64,000 nucleotides of DNA from Chamberlinius hualienensis (lineage: Eukaryota): NCBI GenBank assembly GCA_054772095.1, contig BAAGAE010000033.1, forward strand, positions 4,128,326 through 4,192,325. Reading direction: 5' to 3'. Below are positions 56,752-64,000 of the stretch, piece by piece (positions within the stretch are counted from its first letter, which is position 1; the number at the start of each line of letters is the position of its first letter). A program made the translations under genes and the position numbers. Below the pieces are notes generated by a model. The model did no database searches. It saw nothing but the letters and a program-made list of their open reading frames with translations, and was not told the DNA's origin.

Positions 56752-58564
56752 CTTCGTTTTGTTTTGGGATTATATTCATTTTAGTAAGACATGAATTGGT
56801 GTTTTAATTTTTATTTTCGTTTGTTTACCATTCATTTGTAAATTCTAATTTTGACACTGAAAGAAGCTGGAGACTTTCTCATGCGTAAGTTTAAATAACA
56901 GTGTATTTTTAGAGGGGCGTTTTGTATTTGCGATCAAATATCAGGAAAGCTGATGCCACTGCCGAAAGTTTAACGCATGAAATTCTGTATTGTTGTTTAC
57001 TATGAAAGGTAATAGTGATAAGTTCTACATTGAAAAGTTTATTTGCAATTTTTTCTATACTTATAACTATAAAGCTGGTTTTTACTTTATATTCAAATGA
57101 ACTGTTTTTATTGAATGCTGTAATTTGTAACGGCTCACTTCAGTCTATACGTGTATACTGTATATATCAGTGCCAATGCTATAAAAATTTAATTCTGGTT
57201 CCTTCTAAGTTACGTTAATCATTGTATTTGCACATATTTCGAAACATTTTACCAATTATGCTTACGAGACACGTTAACGGAAATTTAACTTGATTTTACA
57301 AGTACAGTATCTTGCTCGGCGACCGGAGTTTCGTTGATTTACTGGGCCATAAAGGGCGTTACATTGATTCATTCTTGTTGAAAATAGATGATGCTGCCAT
57401 TTTGAAGTTCCACTGTAAATGATCCATATGAAACTCGTTCGAGTTCTTTAATTTGGTTGTCAACTTCACCTAAAGTTCGAATATATTCAACAATATTAAA
57501 ATGACAAGTTTGCCATAAAGTTTATTAATTTAGTTTTAAACCTATAAGATTCTGACATCTTTGAATAATGGATGGACTATATTTAAAAGGCAATTAAACA
57601 TAAAGTAATACGAGTTGAGCGATGAAATCTCTACTTGAGGTTTCTCCTGGAGTGCAACAGGCAGCACTTCAGCCATATTTATTAATAATACAAGGTACAA
57701 TTGTCAATATTAACATATTTTATCTGTGCTAGACACAATGTTGGCAAGCCCTTTGATCACTACAGCCTTTTTGTTCATATTAACACGGAAATTGATTTAT
57801 TAATACATACTGTATTACGGTCTTTCTTATAATCAAATCGATGGATTATTGGATTAACGTATAAAGTCAATTGATTCTACAGTATTTAAATTAGAACACA
57901 ATTAATCATACTACGAATTGTATACGTAAACTAAAAAAAGGATTTTAAACTTTTCGGAAAATTCCATTTCTGAATGATTTTTCTTAGCGTACAGCAAGGT
58001 CATGACGTAATAAGCCATGTTAACAATTAACAACTGTTGCTAGGTGTTTGCAGTGTGTTATTACAATATGTTATATCGAATTTCGTTGCACTACGAGTTA
58101 TTATAGATGCTAATTTAATGTTATAAAAATTTGAACAAATAAGTTAGTGACAACACCGTTTCTTATTTGGAGTGAAGTGTATGTTAGTGTAATTATGGCT
58201 TAAAGCTGATATAGGCGTATAGAATGGTAAATGACAACAGAGGAACTCAAGTGATTATATAATACTGTTCCATGTTACTTTTTTGTTGCTGTAATAATTG
58301 ATGTATGCTGACAGCATGTTAATTTAAAACTATAGGAACATTTTAATTGAAGAAGTATAAAAGCACCTAGAAATGTGAGTATTCTAACAACGACAGATGA
58401 TTGACCTTCACATATGGTTTTCAGTATACAGTACACTGTAGCTACTTGATAATTGAGTGTTTTCACAAGTGTATAATTTCGTACATTTCAGTCATTACAC
58501 TTGGATCGTATTTGGTCTAGGATAGAATCAATTAAAAATCTGGACTGACTGAAGTTGAATACAC

Positions 58565-59606
58565 ATGGCTCTAGTCGAAGGAGTCGGCGACGAAGTGCTC
58601 TATGTAATAGGAGGAACTTTGATCTTGTTAATTTTATTGTTTGCTTGGTATTCAACGTTTGTAAGCGACCAGCCCATATTTAGGGCTTCTGTTTTTGTGA
58701 TTGAAAGACGAAGGACTAATCATAATAGTAATGTGACTGAATCTACACGTAGAGTTATTGTGACATCAGGCTCGTATCAACCTCCTACAGTCACCAACGA
58801 AAACGTTTCGCCAAGAAGCGATGGCCAAATCATTAACCAAGACCAGCAACTGTTGCAGCAGAACACGACGACTCCACTAGAAACAAGTGATAATAATAGG
58901 GATGAATTTAATTCTGCGTCAACTAATTTATCGGCGAATGAAGTGAAAGAAGAGACAGATGACCAGAACCAGCTGCGACATAGATTACGAGCGAATGTGA
59001 CGAATACGGAAACCCAAGAGGAGCAACAGTCGGTTTCCAGTGATTCAGTTCAGTCGAATAGTGAGGGTAACATAAGAATTCGTTTAGTATTTCTAAACGA
59101 TACTCAGAGACTAGTAGAAGCCAAACTAGAAGATCGCCTAGGTCAATTTAAGCAGTGAGTAATTTATTTGGATTTCACAAAAATTAATTTAAAATTCTTA
59201 TACTGTTGATTTATTGATTAGAAATCATTTTAGAGAAGAACTGGCTAATCATCGAGTGGTCCGATTAATTTATAATGGTCAATTACTTCAGGGTGATCAA
59301 GAAACGTTACAGTATTATGGCCTTTCTGACAACTGTGTTGTTCACTGTCATATCTCTAGCACCGCATCTATTCCACCACCGTCCCCATCTTTTTCTAGCC
59401 ACTCTGAGGATCTTGATTTAGGACGATTAATGTTGCCATTGTTTGGTTTGATACTAGGGCTTATTTGGTGCTGTCGTATGCATTATCGCCAGTATTTCAA
59501 TACTGCTTCAACGTTTGCTCTTGTTGGAATCACAGGACTATTTGTTATATCAGTTCTTTCGGTTTGTTTGACGGCTAGAAATCGAATGGTTGCAAGAAGA
59601 CAATAG
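58565..59606 (+). CDS. TMUB-like protein (transmembrane and ubiquitin-like domain-containing). CDS join(58565..59154, 59222..59606), 324 aa. It has an N-terminal TM helix, a Ser/Thr/Gln-rich linker, a UBL domain and two C-terminal TM helices.
   Basis: Exon 1 begins MALVEGVGDEVLYVIGGTLILLILLFAWYST (hydrophobic helix) and ends ...IRIRLVFLNDTQRLVEAKLEDRLGQFK. The donor is gtgagt at 59155. The acceptor is tag at 59219-59221, phase 2, completing CAA (Q). Exon 2 reads NHFREELANHRVVRLIYNGQLLQGDQETLQYYGLSDNCVVHCHIS (ubiquitin-like beta-grasp), then LMLPLFGLILGLIWCC...ALVGITGLFVISVLSVCL (two TM helices), then *. This architecture fits TMUB1/2. The family assignment comes from domain order, not from a remembered alignment. 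Confidence 0.65.
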
Positions 59607-60551
59607 TGGTAAAAGTTCAGCTAAAACAGCACGTTACTGTTCCAACCAAAACATTGTTAACTTTAATGCTGACTGAACATGATAACATACTTGCGTTGAA
59701 TGGAGGATTTCCAAATTAGTAGTCAATGAAAAAAATGTTTGATCAATATTAGATTTGTATTTTAATTGTACAGTGCTGACTTTTAATTATAAATATTGAG
59801 TGCTATAAATTAGTTGTAGCTATAACCAAAGTTTTACGTAAATACAAGTCAACGGTATATTGCAAATTTTATGATTATGTGGTTCGTTTAAGCAAGTGTA
59901 TTGATACTTTTCAATTTGACGCAGGAATAAGTAACCGTTAACAGACCATGACCAAATGTAAACTTAGTTGCAGTACAAGACGAGAAAATATGGCTAAAAT
60001 GATTTAATTTTTAAAAACAAAGTTTCAATATAAAAATCACGTTTGACAGTCGTTAAAAACTAACATTAAAATTACTAATATGGTAAAACATTAAAAATAA
60101 ATCTATATTTCGATCAAAAAATTAAGTGAACGTATTGCCGGTTTGACTTAAATGTAGTCTAGTCTAAATGACTTATTAGCGTGTGCGCGCGAAAAATATT
60201 CGGTTTAGAAATACTTTGTGAAGAGATCGATAACCCGCTAGTACAACTACAACGTAATAGTTAATTTCTAAACTTCACCAATTTTGAATACATTTTAAAG
60301 AAATAAATTAATTTTTAAGCAAACGGGTCGTTAAGATAATGTAGGTATCACTAGTATACAAATCTCGCAAAAAAAAGTAATTTTAAGAATGTACCAATTA
60401 ATTATATACGGTTCTTCATTCATGCACGCGAGTCTACAGTTTTATACTCGAGGTCACTTAGTAAAGGCACATGTAAATTCGTCATTGACTTTGGCCTTTA
60501 GAACGTGACCCCATATATAAACATGTTCTCTGTGCTTTATATAATTTTTTT

Positions 60552-61850
60552 TCATAGTTTGGTCTGGGATATAGCTGGAATTAGCTGACGTTCCACAGTA
60601 AACAAAAGATGCTTGTCAGTTTGAATGGTGACAGTTGTTTTTGTGAAAGTGTTGGATGTGCTGACCAACTTTCCAAACTCAAGTCGTTGATTTTCTGTTT
60701 AAAAGAGACAAACTTATCAAATTAGTATCATTTGGAAATATAGAATAAAAGCTTTAATTTATGTAATACTCAAGTTCCATTTCAATCCGTCGGTTGTAAC
60801 ATCGCAGCATGGTTCACCTACAGGTATTAAACCACAGCAAACGTTTAATGATTCATGGGGAATTTCGATCACATGATAGCCCTAGTGAGATGGTTAAACA
60901 AGAGCAATAATTTAAAAATAAAATAGTTCATACATGTTTCATAAAAATAATACCGGTTGTAAAAGAAAAGTCAATGCATAGTCGGATACCAAATAAATAG
61001 GAAATGGACTAAACTTTTCCGCTAAAAATAATGTGTTAACGTTACCAAATACATGGTCAAGGCGTTCACCCAAAGAGGTCAAAGTGACTATAGCATCAAC
61101 CTATTAATAAAGATCAACATAGTCTAGTATATTAATCAAAGTTCAAATGTAAAGAAAACCAACGGATTGATTGCTGTCTTTCAGTCTGTTTACAGTAAGT
61201 ACCAAAGCTTTTGTGAAGTCAGTAGAATCCTGATTTGGTGTAGGAATCACTTCCACTCCCTGGTTAAAAGTGGCTTTGTAATGATAATTTTTGCTATTTC
61301 TTCATTAAAAAAAACCTTGTCTTTATAGTACTGAATAATATGTTGATGGACCGAGTCAAAGTCTCCACTTATGATGTGCGGAATATGTTGATCTAAACAG
61401 TTGCTTTCCTTGCAGACACTATGAAGTATATTGGCTCCCCCATCGACAGCCACTCTCAGCACACCTCATTTGTAACAATTTTGGTAAAACTTAGAATATG
61501 CAAAGTTACAAACTACTTCAACCAATTGAATACTATTTGTTTCAATCAATAATGCATTGACATTGAAGCTGAAATAGGTACTGCACATGCAATGGTGCAT
61601 GCTTCTTCGTACATAAGATATTTAATTGGATTGTAGTAGTGACACTCGTAACCTTTTCTGTCATTTTAAAAGATTTTTTGTGCCGTAGAAAATAGGCGGT
61701 AGAAGTATTTTCACAACACCGCAGACAAATATTTGTGACAGAAAAAGTTATTAAAAAACCACTCTAATACTTTGATCCCATAAAGATTTTAGACTCTCTT
61801 TGCACGATGTTGACTGGTTCAATATCATAAGAGCTATAGTGCTAGATCTG
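60552..61850 (-). CDS. TPK1: Thiamine pyrophosphokinase (TPK1) orthologue, at least 6 exons on the minus strand. The stop (tga) is at 60552-60554.
   Basis: Minus-strand translations match TPK1 across five blocks: about 61760-61850 ...TIALMILNQSTSCKESLKSLWDQS (human [22 protein letters not shown]); 61305-61462 LRVAVDGGANILHSV...HIPHIISGDFDSVHQHIIQYYKDK (human ACADGGANRLYD...GDFDSIRPEVREYY); 61208-61262 GVEVIPTPNQDSTDFTKAL (human ELISTPDQDHTDFTKCL); about 60800-60900 ...CCGLIPVGEPCCDVTTDGLKWNL (human [23 protein letters not shown]); and 60552-60700 NQRLEFGKLVSTSNTFTKTTVTIQTDKHLLFTVERQL.. (human [34 protein letters not shown]). Confidence 0.8.
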
Positions 61851-63091
61851 GAACCCTTTGGATTATTTGCTACAATAGAAAAAACTTGTGGCATTTGACT
61901 GATATAAAAAAATTGAAATTTCATTAGGTGCACATAAATTAATGCTGCGCCATAGTAATGCGTGATGCAATCTTATAATACCACAACATACTGTACTTAT
62001 TCGCAAATTACATTTGTAAACATTAATAATTGTGCAACAAATTTCAAATCAGCTGATTAATAGTATACCAACAATGATTCAAATGAATAAATGGATTCCA
62101 ACGATGAACGTCCATGACATACGCCATTTATTAATTTTCACGAAAGAACAATCTCATATATACTTTCAGTGATCGTAAGATTTTAATTAAAAATATCTAA
62201 TTGGAAAAGTGTCAAGTCGTCGACACGAAGTTCAAGGTAGCGTTTCATTATCCACACCAGTAGATAACTGCTGGGAATTTGGAGGCGATATGGTCATGTG
62301 ACCGTATTTCATTGATTAAAAAAACGCAAAATGCTCTTGCGATACAAATGGCGGCGCCCTTTCGAAATTATATAATTGAATTACTTATGCAGTTTTCATT
62401 ATTTTAGTGAGATTTTCCTGTGTATCGACTTCACATTTAAGTTAAAATAAATCCACTACGTCTGCAATTCGACTGGGTCTACCAATACCTGACAACTCAA
62501 ATTGTCCGGTATTTGTATTTTAAATCTACCGCCATTTCACATGCTATAAACCACTCCGCTTCAGTATTTGCTTTCAATTGAGACCCTCTTTTCGTTGAGG
62601 ATAATAAAACGCTCCGGGAAATAGTGGGCGACGGTAAAAAAACGAATTTTGCTACTCAGAATCCTCAGCATTTTGCGGCGGGCATAAAAAACACTACCCA
62701 ATTTTGGTTCATAACTTCATACTGGATCATGAATTCTGTATGACGTCATGCAAAATCAGTTACCTCTTTGTAAGCAGGAGGCACCGTGTACGCGCGGCTT
62801 GGTGAGGACCACGATAAGAGGCCCACATCTTTAGTACTTTATTGATATTTCCAGTTAGCATTAATATTTTATAAAACATTAATATTAATTTTAATTAAAT
62901 GTAAACAATTAATTAAGATTACATTTTTTGTTGATCAAATGTTAAACCAATACAGTACAATATTCAAAATTACAACGCATGCGTAGATCATAATCCATGA
63001 ACATACCATACCAACTTGAAGCAGAAGCAGAAGAACGAAGTTAGGCTGCGATGTAGTGATGTTTTATCAACGCAAACATAATTTTTAGAAA

Positions 63092-64000
63092 ATGAAGAAA
63101 TATCAATTATTACCGTATTTCTTATCAATATTATTACATCTTTGGACATTTGTTGATGGTAAGTTTTTGTTAAAGACTATTATAATAGAAAAAATAGAAA
63201 TAATGTCGGATTTTAATGTAAATGATTGAAAGGGTAACCACGCCTAGTTTAGGGCGCGGATGGCCAGCGCTAAGATTTTCAGTTGTTTATGAAATAATAA
63301 CCATTTGCATACATCATTAACTAAATTAGGATTGTAATGTATTTAAATGAGTTATCACTGAAAATGGTGAATCTTTACATTTTAATGAAAATACCGGAAA
63401 TTTTGTTTTAATTTAAGAGTAGGGAAGGTAGTGTATGATGAGTATCGCAATGCGTCATCTATTGCATACCTTTGCTTTGTGAGTTTCGTCAAATAAAAAT
63501 GTCTATTTTCTAATTTTAGGGCAATGTGATACACCATTCTTTGATATTGCGAAAATTACCGCCACATCCAGTCTTTCATCTGACCGTGGTCCATCTAGAG
63601 CCAAACTAAATGGTAAGTCAGAATTTATCTTAAGACACCAAAGTGGGACTATGTATAAAAGCCAGATCTAATCGGCAAATCACTTCATTTCACCTGGTAA
63701 GAATGGATATGGGCCGTGAATAGCATACATTTTTAGTTGTGAAATGATTTTAATTTGTACCAATGATTGTTTTGATCTGTGAATTTGTTACTTGTTTATA
63801 AATGCATGTGGTATGTAATTAATATCGTCGCGTGAGAGTGTAATCCGTGAAATGTCCATGTACAGAATTGCATTTTATAATTCTTATTTGATTATCATAC
63901 TATAGTAAATGATCAAAAATAGGATAGCAGTGGAGGAGTATATAGTATTTGTATAAATAGGTTTAATTTGCTTGCCAGTCCAGGGCATCGGAGAGCTTTA
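63092..64000 (+). CDS. 5' end of a secreted discoidin (F5/8 type C) domain protein. Exon 1 is 63092..63158 (signal peptide MKKYQLLPYFLSILLHLWTFVD). Exon 2 is 63520..63612 (GQCDTPFFDIAKITATSSLSSDRGPSRAKLN). The gene continues beyond the window.
   Basis: An ATG is followed by a hydrophobic signal-like stretch and the donor gtaagt at 63159. The acceptor is tag at 63517-63519. The exon 2 translation fits the N-terminal consensus of discoidin domains (C..P.....I.D.QITASS......A.LN). The second donor is gtaagt at 63613. Confidence 0.45.

Overview
This window is eukaryotic (metazoan) nuclear DNA, not prokaryotic. It is AT-rich, and its genes are split by many short GT..AG introns, typically 50-120 nt, with a few multi-kb introns. 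The encoded proteins are very close to vertebrate orthologues. I found no rRNA, tRNA, CRISPR array or operon-like structure.

Ten protein-coding genes could be read from the ORF track plus hand-spliced exon junctions, in window order:
- the 3' end of a large multi-exon gene of unknown identity (1-5171, +)
- an inhibitory Smad, Smad6/7-like, with four coding exons and a 5.6-kb last intron (7975-17546, +)
- dymeclin (27094-29861, -)
- an SLC7-family amino-acid transporter (31559-33987, -)
- MESD/Boca, the LRP chaperone, whose last exon is a micro-exon ending in KEEL (37272-38382, +)
- Sin3, the PAH-domain co-repressor (about 39596-45984, -)
- Smad4, with 11 coding exons, a 30-nt micro-exon and one GTTAGC donor (52989-56751, +)
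- a TMUB-like transmembrane/ubiquitin-like protein (58565-59606, +)
- thiamine pyrophosphokinase (about 60552-61850, -)
- the 5' end of a secreted discoidin-domain protein (63092 onward, +)

The gene order I-Smad - dymeclin - Smad4, and MESD next to Sin3, matches human 18q21 and 15q24-25 respectively, so this looks like conserved ancient linkage.

The most unusual non-genic structure is a roughly 4.2-kb imperfect palindrome at about 21500-25700. Its arms are roughly 93% identical, with arm-specific indels, a MITE-like insertion and a perfect 36-bp hairpin. Its left end carries an inverted, partly fused copy of the last dymeclin exons, 6 kb from the real ones.

Immediately upstream of the I-Smad gene there is a perfect palindromic Smad-binding element, GTCTAGAC, 4 bp from a CACGTGAC E-box. 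That is the arrangement known from the vertebrate Smad7 promoter. Several more palindromic CACGTG / CLEAR-like sites and CRE-bearing GC islands lie in the I-Smad introns.

Other observations are a DRE-like TATCGA cluster upstream of Sin3, ATCGAT clusters upstream of MESD, over-represented GGCGCC(A) motifs, two small dispersed repeat families, and long homopolymer tracts.
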